Virus record (IMG/VR): IMGVR_UViG_3300014156_000002 | Span: 1 to 53,869 of that record | Reading direction: 5' to 3' (one strand) | Source: a virus | Lineage: Duplodnaviria > Caudoviricetes | DNA: 53,869 bases | In this document: one piece after another, positions 46,171 to 53,869 of the stretch | How positions within the stretch are numbered: position 1 is the first letter of the stretch | Layout: each line of letters opens with the position of its first letter | Program-made: the position numbers and the translations under genes | Notes under the pieces: model-generated | The model's input: the letters and a program-made list of their open reading frames with translations, nothing else | Told to the model about the DNA's origin: nothing | Database searches by the model: none

Positions 46171-48826
46171 TGGCCGGCGCTCCCTGCTTCGCCTTTGCGT
46201 ATCTAATCCTCAAATACTTGTCGTAACTCAGCATCTCCCGCGACGGAGCCGCTACGTCCCGGCGCAGGCCATTCGGCCAGTCCTTGAATTTTTCCTTAAA
46301 GCGCCATGCCGCCCAACCTTCCGAGTGACCGCGCTCCTTCGCAATCCACAGGAACCCGCTATACCAAGATTGGCGATCCTCGGGAGGCTTCTCTCGCTTC
46401 CTGCCGTCAGAGTGGAACTCGATAAGGTCGCCTTCGCGGTGCCGCGTGTGCGAGGTCGTTTTGAGCACCGCTCCGCACACCGGACACTTCGCGCGGCCGT
46501 AGGGAATGATGGCGTTGCAGTGGGGACACTTGTGCGGCTTCTTGGCCTTCTTGTCGCCAACAAACGCTTTGCTGCGGTCCCCTGGCGCTCGGCTATCCAG
46601 CCGCTCATGATGAATGTCGGTCACCATGCCCAGGCGCAGCGTGTTTCCGGCGTGGTCGAGGATCAGCAACTCTTTCCCGTCGCCGTTAGGATTACGCAGG
46701 CCGCGCCCGATCTCCTGCACGAACGCCATCTCTGAATTCTTCGGCTTGGCGTCGATGATAGCGTGGACATCCTCATCCACTCCCCGGCTGTTTCCAACCA
46801 CGCTTATTTTGCCACTGCGTCGAATGATAATTGCACCAGTGGGGGATTGAACGCACCATACTCGTTCTGGCTTGTATTCATTTTCAAATCTGAATCGATC
46901 TGAATATATTTCTCGGATGTTGGCTTCCCGGAAAGACATACAATGCATCAGCGTAGAACGACACATTTTCGATGATAGGTTAGTGACAATTTCACGCACG
47001 GAGCAAATCGACTGGAGAAGATCGAAGATTGCTTTATTCGCTCCAAAGATGCGAGTACCGCGCCCCGTTCCCTTCCCGTCTTTACCGTGGTTCCCATCAG
47101 CCATACGGAAGCCCTGCAATAGGGCGAGGAGCTGGGCCTTACTGAATCCCCAATACAAATCCGACCCATCTTTGTTGAGATAATCGTCGAGATGTGATAC
47201 GCCTTTACGTTTTTGGTATTCCCCTCCGCTGCCCCACGGAATGCGCCAAATCACCGTATCGGTTTTTCGGCTACCTTTTGGCGGCACAATACGGCGTGTT
47301 ACGTCGACGCCCAATCTCTCCACTAAATCATCGAACCATGCCACGACTCCATAATTAACTACAGATTGAGAAAAACTGACCACTCCGCTGGCGCGCGATC
47401 CATCACCGAGCCAAAAGCCGATAAAGAAACATTCATCCATCGTGAGCAAACCTGGCTCTTTGAGGAGGCAGGAACTCATCATTCTTTCTCTATAGTCCCC
47501 GGTAAGTTGGCGCGCTTCCCCCTTCGAGCGACCTCTTTTCATGTAGGCGTAGACTTGACCATGTTTCCATGACCGTTCCCTTTCTGGGTGCGCGCCGCGA
47601 AATATAAAGCGAGATGGCAAGGCGTCTCCGCTCGATGGAATAAAGCCTCTTTGGTTAATCACATCGGATGCAGAGCAGAACGAGAAATTTCCGCCTCGAA
47701 TGGCGGACCATAGCATCTTGTGACCTTCAGTTACGCGAACATCGATGTTCTTGCCCTTCGCAGCAACCATGCGCTCGTTGGGTAGTCGCTCGCGCTTGAA
47801 TATTTCTATTGGATGAACGAAGTCAACAAAACCGTTCCACCACGCGGCAATATGATGTTGCATGGTCATTTGATCGATTCCAACCCATCCTGACCCCGTT
47901 AGAATCTCTGTTCTTTCATCAAGGCAAAGGCATCCGACTGAAGCAATGCCTTTGATGCGGCACTGTCGGAACGCCTCAAACACCGGATCGCGCTCTTCCT
48001 GCTTCATGGTGCCATCGATGTATCCGAACGGAATCCCCGCCGCCTCGAACTTCGCTTGCTGCTCTCTGGCGTGCGCCCGGTCAACGCAAAACATGAACGT
48101 GCGGTCCTTGTTCCATCGTTCCTGCCATGTCTTCACCACATCGGCAACGATCCGCGCGTCCCGCATCACCACCGATGACTCGCCTTCGTCGTATTCGCCC
48201 TTCACGATGTGAACGTGCGAGAGGTCCACTTCCTCATTCGGCGCGTAGATGCGGAACCCGCAGAGGATCTTCTCGGCAATTAGTTCCTTGATCGTCGCCC
48301 CGATGATGAGCTTCGTCCAGTGGAGGCCCATGCCGCGCGCCCACGGCGTAGCCGACAGGCCGATGACGATCTTGTCAGCCCACACTGGACCGTCCAGAAT
48401 CTTGAGCAGCGCTTGGTACTGAACATGAACCTCGTCGATCACGATCAGGTCCGCATCAGGTAGTTCGCGCCGGATCAGCGTAGCAACACTGGCAATCTGT
48501 ACCTGAGCTTCGCGGTTCGTGCGCTCATGGTCAGCCTGAATCACGCCGATGTCGCGGATGCCCACATGCTCGAAGGAGCGAAGCGTCTGGTTGACAAGCG
48601 TGATGTCGGGAACGGTGAACACGGGGCGCTTGCCTTTGGCGATGGAGCCTCCGAAGAGGTGCGCACTTAGGAGAGTTTTTCCCGAACCTGTTGGACTTTG
48701 CACCACGATGCGCCTGTGGCCCTCGCGGACTGCCTGCCGTATCTCCTGAGCGCAGCGCTCCTGCCAGCGCCGCATCGGGGGCAGCGAGAGAGCGTTCTCG
48801 ACCGGGAATAGGGAGTATGTGGCCAA
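46163..48826 (-). CDS. SF2 helicase (RadD/YejH-like), intein-containing
   Basis: SPTGSGKT, DEVH, SAT, L|SRGVD, QEIGRGLR, ILDHAGN, CPHC..CPVC. Confidence 0.93.
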   Translation of the reverse strand: MATYSLFPVENALSLPPMRRWQERCAQEIRQAVREGHRRIVVQSPTGSGKTLLSAHLFGGSIAKGKRPVFTVPDITLVNQTLRSFEHVGIRDIGVIQADHERTNREAQVQIASVATLIRRELPDADLIVIDEVHVQYQALLKILDGPVWADKIVIGLSATPWARGMGLHWTKLIIGATIKELIAEKILCGFRIYAPNEEVDLSHVHIVKGEYDEGESSVVMRDARIVADVVKTWQERWNKDRTFMFCVDRAHAREQQAKFEAAGIPFGYIDGTMKQEERDPVFEAFRQCRIKGIASVGCLCLDERTEILTGSGWVGIDQMTMQHHIAAWWNGFVDFVHPIEIFKRERLPNERMVAAKGKNIDVRVTEGHKMLWSAIRGGNFSFCSASDVINQRGFIPSSGDALPSRFIFRGAHPERERSWKHGQVYAYMKRGRSKGEARQLTGDYRERMMSSCLLKEPGLLTMDECFFIGFWLGDGSRASGVVSFSQSVVNYGVVAWFDDLVERLGVDVTRRIVPPKGSRKTDTVIWRIPWGSGGEYQKRKGVSHLDDYLNKDGSDLYWGFSKAQLLALLQGFRMADGNHGKDGKGTGRGTRIFGANKAIFDLLQSICSVREIVTNLSSKMCRSTLMHCMSFREANIREIYSDRFRFENEYKPERVWCVQSPTGAIIIRRSGKISVVGNSRGVDEDVHAIIDAKPKNSEMAFVQEIGRGLRNPNGDGKELLILDHAGNTLRLGMVTDIHHERLDSRAPGDRSKAFVGDKKAKKPHKCPHCNAIIPYGRAKCPVCGAVLKTTSHTRHREGDLIEFHSDGRKREKPPEDRQSWYSGFLWIAKERGHSEGWAAWRFKEKFKDWPNGLRRDVAAPSREMLSYDKYLRIRYAKAKQGAPANA
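46790..47926 (-). mobile_element. Intein (379 aa) with two LAGLIDADG motifs in helicase motif V
   Basis: CLDERTEILT start, TEGH, FIGFWLGDG and LLQGFRMADG, VWCV, ends VVGN followed by Ser. Confidence 0.93.
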
Positions 48827-48828
48827 AG

Positions 48829-49011
48829 CTACTCCTGCGGCAACCCAAGCGCATCAAGGGCGCGGTCGATGGCCTCAACTTCGACGGCGGCTTTGTCGCG
48901 GATCGATATGGCCTTTTCCCGCTGCTCAATCAGGTGACGTGTTGCGATGGTGACGTGGCGCGGCGTCTTCGGTGTGGACTCAGGCTTTGGTGGCAAGTTC
49001 TGCGTGGTCAT
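48829..49011 (-). CDS. Small coiled-coil protein
   Basis: AAGGAG RBS before ATG 49011. Confidence 0.6.
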   Translation of the reverse strand: MTTQNLPPKPESTPKTPRHVTIATRHLIEQREKAISIRDKAAVEVEAIDRALDALGLPQE

Positions 49012-49165
49012 GCGTTTCTCCTTCGGTCGTGCGGTTGAGGATGCGGGATAGAACGAGCGTCTCGGAATGGCACAGCGGGCAGTCATGCAGATTGGTGACC
49101 GCATCGCAATCGGGACAGAGGAAGGCGGTGTCGAGGGGGATGACGGAGATGTGTTCGAGCTTCAT
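48980..49165 (-). CDS. Small zinc-ribbon protein
   Basis: AFLCPDC..CPLC; GGAGG RBS. Confidence 0.6.
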   Translation of the reverse strand: MKLEHISVIPLDTAFLCPDCDAVTNLHDCPLCHSETLVLSRILNRTTEGETHDHAELATKA

Positions 49166-49353
49166 GCCGCCTCCGGCTCCTCTTGCTCGAAGCACTCCGA
49201 GCAGAACGCGCGGCCTTCGTCGTCCACGAACTCTTCGTGCCATACTTCGGCCTCGGGCGGATCGCCCCCGCCGCCCTCTTCGCGCCGGTACTCGAGCCAC
49301 CATCCGACTTGCACGTCGCAGGATGGGTTCGCGCAGATGAGGGGGCTACGCAT
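49162..49353 (-). CDS. Small acidic Cys-containing protein
   Basis: Coupled ORF, C..C..CSEC. Confidence 0.55.
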   Translation of the reverse strand: MRSPLICANPSCDVQVGWWLEYRREEGGGGDPPEAEVWHEEFVDDEGRAFCSECFEQEEPEAA

Positions 49354-49702
49354 TGGCTAATGCCTGCTCTTCCTCCTCCGGACTCAGGATCGGGGGGCAG
49401 TGATACACGGCTGGCCTCGCCGGCTCGACGATCTCACAGATTGCAGAGCGGCGAATAGTGGCGATAAGAGAGATACCGGGAGTGTCATGCTCCAAGTAGA
49501 AGTCGGGATAAGCGTCGGTGTCCGGATCGACTCTCTTTGTCAATGGACGAGGGAGTAACTTGGCTAGTTCGACGAAGGTTCCCTTTTCTGACCCGTGATA
49601 AAAATACACAGTCGGCCTGGTAATTTCGAGTTCGGGGTTGACGGCGAGCGCATCGGCGAGGATGCGCAATTCGGATGCTACTGCTGCTGCGGTGGTTTTC
49701 AT
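49346..49702 (-). CDS. Hypothetical protein
   Basis: GGAGG RBS. Confidence 0.7.
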   Translation of the reverse strand: MKTTAAAVASELRILADALAVNPELEITRPTVYFYHGSEKGTFVELAKLLPRPLTKRVDPDTDAYPDFYLEHDTPGISLIATIRRSAICEIVEPARPAVYHCPPILSPEEEEQALANA

Positions 49703-49734
49703 TCATTCCTCCAAATGTCCAGACAAAGACTTTA

Positions 49735-50058
49735 CTACTTGATTACTGCGGCGAACACCTTGCAATCGCAGCCTTGGACCAGGCACATCCCGCCGTCCTC
49801 TCCGTGGTGCCAGAAGTGGCTGTGGCCGCACTGGCACACATCGTAGTCCATAGGCTTGCCATCGATGGCTTCGATAGCCATGACCGTCTGAGCAGCTGCG
49901 CGGGGGAGCTGGTGGGCCTTCCCGCTGAGGCTGCGCTCAGCTTCACGCAGGAACAGCCGCGCCCACGTCATCGCGGCGGTCAGCCGTTCGTTGCGGGATG
50001 ACCCTGATTCGACTGGACGCTCACTGTGAGCTACATATTGTTCTCTGCCGAAACTCAT
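49735..50058 (-). CDS. Hypothetical protein with Cys/His-rich C-terminus
   Basis: CQCGH..H..C..CDC; ATGA coupling. Confidence 0.6.
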   Translation of the reverse strand: MSFGREQYVAHSERPVESGSSRNERLTAAMTWARLFLREAERSLSGKAHQLPRAAAQTVMAIEAIDGKPMDYDVCQCGHSHFWHHGEDGGMCLVQGCDCKVFAAVIK

Positions 50059-50618
50059 GCTTCCCTCCGATCCCTGCGTAGTTTATTTTTCATCTTGCGG
50101 CATGTCCTACAGAAACGCATCCCTCTCCAAATGTAGGCGTCAGATAGGGCGTGACCACGTTTGCATTTGGTCATCCGCGCATTAACCGCCGGAGGGCTGA
50201 TTCCCCGCAGCACGTTGATCCGAGAAGTGACAGGTTCCAAATGCTGCGGGTTAACGCACTTCCTATTGCGACAAAGATGGTCGAGTTGCAAGCCCTTCGG
50301 AACTTTTCCGTTTGCCAGCGCCCATGAGACACGATGGGCTAATAGCGCCCTCTTCACTTGTGGACGACCAGAAATCTGTCCGTACCCCTGCGGAGTGAGA
50401 GAGCCGATCCATTCCCAGCACCCACGCGATTTCTTCACCATTTTCCAGAACCGCGTCTCTAGTGGCACATAGGGATGATTTTGGTGATAGCACTTACGAG
50501 AGCAGAAACGCCCCTGACCGATGTTGAGACGGTAAGAATTGGCCATAAACACAGCACCGCAAGCCTCGCAGTTTCTCTGGTACACGCCTTTGGGATATGC
50601 TTGTGTGGAAGGGGTCAC
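50055..50618 (-). CDS. HNH homing endonuclease with zinc fingers
   Basis: FCSRKC, CWEWIG, AHRVSW, DHLCRNRKCVNPQHL, CKRGH..CRTC. Confidence 0.92.
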   Translation of the reverse strand: MTPSTQAYPKGVYQRNCEACGAVFMANSYRLNIGQGRFCSRKCYHQNHPYVPLETRFWKMVKKSRGCWEWIGSLTPQGYGQISGRPQVKRALLAHRVSWALANGKVPKGLQLDHLCRNRKCVNPQHLEPVTSRINVLRGISPPAVNARMTKCKRGHALSDAYIWRGMRFCRTCRKMKNKLRRDRREA

Positions 50619-50627
50619 TTCGCTCTC

Positions 50628-51248
50628 CTATAGCGATTGGGCTTGTCCGGCGTTGACGCGCCTGACTCCTTCATTGTATCCCAACCTCTCCATAAAATCT
50701 TTGAAGTCATGCGCTAAACGAGCGCAATCTTCTTCGAGATCGGGATACCGATATTGAGTCAATAGATCGTGAGCATAGACTTCCCACTCGCAATGCCCGA
50801 TCTCTCTGCAACTCCAGATGTGCCACTTGAACACATCAGCCTCGAAAATGTCAAGATAAAAACAGTGCTGCATCTTGCCGAAATACTTCTCCGCATCGAA
50901 TTGCGAAGTGGTCTTGTCATCGGCGATCATGCGGCCCATGATCCGGTCGCACCGCGCTGTCACGATCACGCCGCCGTAGTCCTTCTCGCGCTTCTCTTCC
51001 CGGCACGGCCATGCTTCAATCTCGGCATCGCAGGTGAACGCGAACGTGTGACCATCGGCGCTGATGGTGGACTGCTCACCCAGGTTCGCGTGTTCCATTG
51101 CTTTGGCGAAAGCGCCGCCTCGTTCCATCGCGGGCGTGCGCGGCATCTCGCCGCGTAGCTGCGCAAGGAACACGCCAAGCTCGAATTCGTCGTCATCACG
51201 GAAGGCGCGGTAGAGATCGAGATTGGAGACTGAGACGCGGATCATCAC
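50628..51248 (-). CDS. PD-(D/E)XK exonuclease-like protein
   Basis: ARCD..IADDKTT..QHCFYL; adjacent to the recombinase-like ATPase. Confidence 0.65.
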   Translation of the reverse strand: MMIRVSVSNLDLYRAFRDDDEFELGVFLAQLRGEMPRTPAMERGGAFAKAMEHANLGEQSTISADGHTFAFTCDAEIEAWPCREEKREKDYGGVIVTARCDRIMGRMIADDKTTSQFDAEKYFGKMQHCFYLDIFEADVFKWHIWSCREIGHCEWEVYAHDLLTQYRYPDLEEDCARLAHDFKDFMERLGYNEGVRRVNAGQAQSL

Positions 51249-52153
51249 GCCACCTTCGCCGGTACGACATAAAGGCCGGTCACCTTGTCGAACTCAAAAC
51301 CAAGCGTCTTCGCCTTGTCTGCCAGCGGACCCTTCTGCGCCTTCGACAGCTTCAACCGCTTCGCCTCAGCAATGAGAAAGTTGATGTCAGCGAGGCTCTC
51401 TGCTCCGTCCACCTGCTCGGTGAACTCAACTGATTCTTTGACAGCCTCGGCCTGCTGCTCGGTCTGGCGATTAAGCGCGCCCTTGATCTGCGCAATGACG
51501 CCCGCGAGGAACGCGGGGCTGCTGGCCAGGTCGAGGATCGGTATCTTCGGCAGCTGCGCCGGATTCTTGCCGAAGCCTCCCTGCCGCGGATCGAAGTCGA
51601 GGAATCGCTGATCCCGCGCGTCCAGCCGGATGCGGCACATGGCATCGCTCGACTTGTAAATCTCATTCTTCGAGCTACCTTGCGCGTCGATGCGCTCTTG
51701 CGTGTCGTCGCCGTTTTTCTGCTCATCCATGTGGCAAACGAGGATGATGTCTTTGCCCTGCGACCGCAGAAACGCCTGCCACTGCGCGAACCTGCTCTTG
51801 AGCGCACCGAAGCCTTGCAATGTGAGCGATCCATCGGCGCGGCCCATCTTCGGGTTGCCTTCGATAATGTCCTGAGAAAGCGTGTCGAGCGCGCGGCCGG
51901 CAGTATCAATCACGATGGTTTTGTAGGGCGTCAAGTCTTCCGCCGTCATGCCAGACACATCGGCCCACTTCACGACCGGCACAGACGCCTTGCGATTGAA
52001 CGCGCGATGGATGCCTTTGTCGAAGTCAAGTGTGAGCGGAGCCTCGGCAGTCTGGGTAAGAGAGGTCTTCCACAAGCCGGGAGCGGCGTAGAGCGTCAGG
52101 ATGATGTTTGATATTGGAAGTGGTTCTGTGGCGGGAACGATTCTAAGTGGCAT
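51245..52153 (-). CDS. AAA_24 / Sak4-like ATPase
   Basis: YAAPGLWKTS, LDFDKG, TIVIDT, ILVCH; start ATG 52153 after GGAGG. Confidence 0.85.
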   Translation of the reverse strand: MPLRIVPATEPLPISNIILTLYAAPGLWKTSLTQTAEAPLTLDFDKGIHRAFNRKASVPVVKWADVSGMTAEDLTPYKTIVIDTAGRALDTLSQDIIEGNPKMGRADGSLTLQGFGALKSRFAQWQAFLRSQGKDIILVCHMDEQKNGDDTQERIDAQGSSKNEIYKSSDAMCRIRLDARDQRFLDFDPRQGGFGKNPAQLPKIPILDLASSPAFLAGVIAQIKGALNRQTEQQAEAVKESVEFTEQVDGAESLADINFLIAEAKRLKLSKAQKGPLADKAKTLGFEFDKVTGLYVVPAKVA

Positions 52154-52263
52154 TGTCAAGCGCCTCCGAGACGCTGGAATGAGAATAGGGGAGAGGCGCG
52201 GCCCGCGCAAGATAACGAAGGTAACAGCCGAGAGGCACTTACTTGCACCCCTCGGCTCCGTGC

Positions 52264-52560
52264 CTAATCGACTACGGGCTTTGCTCCCCAGTCGGTGTTT
52301 TCCTGCTGGATGGTGACCGAGTAGTCACCAGGAGGCACAACGTGCGCCTTGTGCTCCTGGTGAACGAGAGACACCGCGCCTTCGTCGCCCAGCACGCGCA
52401 CGTAGGTCATGCCGTTCTCTTCGTACATCTCAACCAGATCGGCCACGTCCACGTCTTCCACGTTCGACATGAAGCTGTGATGGTGGCCGGTGACTTCGCC
52501 AAGCGCCACGGGGCGCAGCGGCACGCGCTTTGCTGTTTTCGAAATTACGCTCTTCATCAT
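52264..52560 (-). CDS. Small His-motif protein of the type found beside DUF6745 genes
   Basis: ALGEVTGHHH, LVHQEH, PPGDYSV..QQE..VVD. Confidence 0.75.
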   Translation of the reverse strand: MMKSVISKTAKRVPLRPVALGEVTGHHHSFMSNVEDVDVADLVEMYEENGMTYVRVLGDEGAVSLVHQEHKAHVVPPGDYSVTIQQENTDWGAKPVVD

Positions 52561-52617
52561 GATGATCCTTTCGGGGTTGATGGTTGAGGTTGGGCACCGT
52601 AGCTATCGGCGCAGGAG

Positions 52618-52764
52618 CTAGAGACCTTTGTGCTTCTTGTAGCCAGCCCAGATACAAAAGTCATTGAGCATGAAGGCTGCTAACCACCACCAACTCGCAT
52701 GAGTGAATCCGAGCAACTGGCAGAAGACGAAAATCTCGGTCGTATAAGGAAAGTACAGGATCAT
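52618..52764 (-). CDS. 48-aa hydrophobic peptide
   Basis: Not in the ORF track. AGGAGG RBS; MILYFPYTTEIFVFCQLLGFTHASWWWLAAFML... Confidence 0.55.
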   Translation of the reverse strand: MILYFPYTTEIFVFCQLLGFTHASWWWLAAFMLNDFCIWAGYKKHKGL

Positions 52765-52772
52765 GGTTCCTC

Positions 52773-53869
52773 CTAACTGTGTGCTTGCTGTTCGGGTCCG
52801 CCCGAGAGCGGCTTCAAAAAAACATCGCCTTGCCTCAAAAATTTGCCTTCCTTGTACTCCTTCTCAGTGAGCCCGAAGGTCCAAGCCACGGCCTCGTAGC
52901 ACCGCTTATGGTTATGCCGGACGCGGATGGTGTACTTGCGATCGGTCGATGGGTCAGTGAGTCGAACGAAGCGCAGCGGGCGATCTTCAAAGTCCTTCAG
53001 ATCGGCAGCTTCAAGCAACTCCGCTGTTTCTGTGCCGGCGCGGTAAGTGGTGATGAGCCGGGCCCCCGGCTCAATCACATCCGACACCGGGATTGCGGGG
53101 AAGTTCGAGTGTAACTCATCGGCATGGATGATTTTCATGTTCGCCTGCTCACAGAATCGATCCCAGCCCATGCGCTCGACCATCACGCGGCGAACCTCGG
53201 CGTTTTGCTCGGCTGCGATTTGCTTGACGGTTATGGTCTCGGGCTCTTCAATGATCTGCCGCGTAACTCGCGTGCCATGCCATGACCAGACGCCCCAACC
53301 GTCGCGAAAACTCGCTGCGGCTTCGGTTTCTGAGTGAAGGCGATGAGACCCGAATCCGCGTGGTTTGGTTTCATCCACGAGTTCGCGGTGGATCTGTGAG
53401 GGGCGCTCGCTCACGATCACAAAATCGCGATGTGCAAACCACCAGCAAGCTGATTCCATCGTTGCCTCGTAAGCACGGCCACGATCCCATAGGTCGCCAT
53501 TGAGTTCCAGTTTGCAGACTTCGCGGAAGAATGAGGTCCATGCTCCGCCCCACCAGTATCCGCTCACCCAGAACTGACCACCGAATATCGAAGACCACAG
53601 TCTTTTTAGGACTTGTCTCACAGCGTCGTCCACAGCGCCGCCCACAGCGCCGTCCACAGCGCCGCCCACAGCGCCGCCCACAGCGCCGCCCACAGCGTCG
53701 CTCACAGCGCCGCTCACAGCGTCGTCCACAGCGCCGCGCACAGCGTCGCGCACAGCGCCGCGCACAGCGTCGCGCACAGCGCCGCCCACAGCGCCGCGCA
53801 CAGCGCCGCCCACAGCGCCGCGCACAGCGTCGCGCACAGCGCCGCCCACAGCGCCGTCCACAGCGCCGC
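52773..53869 (-). CDS. C-terminal part of the DUF6745-like repeat protein
   Basis: WWF..DFVIVSERP..RLHSE..FRDGWGVWSWHG..EQNAEVRRVMVERMG..DPST.RKY.IRV. Confidence 0.85.
   Translation of the reverse strand, partial: GAVDGAVGGAVRDAVRGAVGGAVRGAVGGAVRDAVRGAVRDAVRGAVDDAVSGAVSDAVGGAVGGAVGGAVDGAVGGAVDDAVRQVLKRLWSSIFGGQFWVSGYWWGGAWTSFFREVCKLELNGDLWDRGRAYEATMESACWWFAHRDFVIVSERPSQIHRELVDETKPRGFGSHRLHSETEAAASFRDGWGVWSWHGTRVTRQIIEEPETITVKQIAAEQNAEVRRVMVERMGWDRFCEQANMKIIHADELHSNFPAIPVSDVIEPGARLITTYRAGTETAELLEAADLKDFEDRPLRFVRLTDPSTDRKYTIRVRHNHKRCYEAVAWTFGLTEKEYKEGKFLRQGDVFLKPLSGGPEQQAHS
53619..53869. repeat. Continuation of the 12-bp coding tandem repeat
   Basis: Same unit as 1-727. Confidence 0.97.

Noticed and set aside
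53794-53869. 76-bp end identity as a biological terminal repeat
   Set aside because: It falls mid-gene inside a tandem repeat and has the size of an assembler overlap.
1-53869. tRNA or rRNA genes
   Set aside because: None recognised by eye; a tRNAscan-SE run would be needed to exclude them.

Overview
The window looks like a complete, circularly assembled tailed-phage genome of about 53.8 kb. Bases 1-76 are identical to 53794-53869, and closing the circle on that overlap joins the two end ORFs into one in-frame 671-aa repeat protein. The plus strand carries packaging and virion genes (terminase, portal, scaffold, capsid, head-tail and nozzle-like proteins, ejection-like proteins; no tape measure seen, so probably podovirus-like), then a fibre-like gene and a lysis module. 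The minus strand carries a glycosyltransferase/methyltransferase/B12-radical-SAM cluster and an early arm (Sak4-like ATPase, exonuclease, SF2 helicase, VRR-NUC, ParB-like, clamp-loader-like ATPase). I recognised no integrase or DNA polymerase, and the host cannot be determined from the sequence. Selfish elements are abundant: three inteins and three free-standing homing-endonuclease-like genes. The most striking feature is a 1178-bp element (2001-3178) encoding only a catalytically intact TnpB. It is bounded by 23-bp terminal inverted repeats and an exact 8-bp target-site duplication, which is DDE (IS1595-like) transposon architecture rather than IS200/IS605 or IS607. It inserted just before the stop codon of an AAA+ ATPase gene and made an in-frame ATPase-TnpB fusion. 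All family assignments are by-eye motif recognition, not database results.
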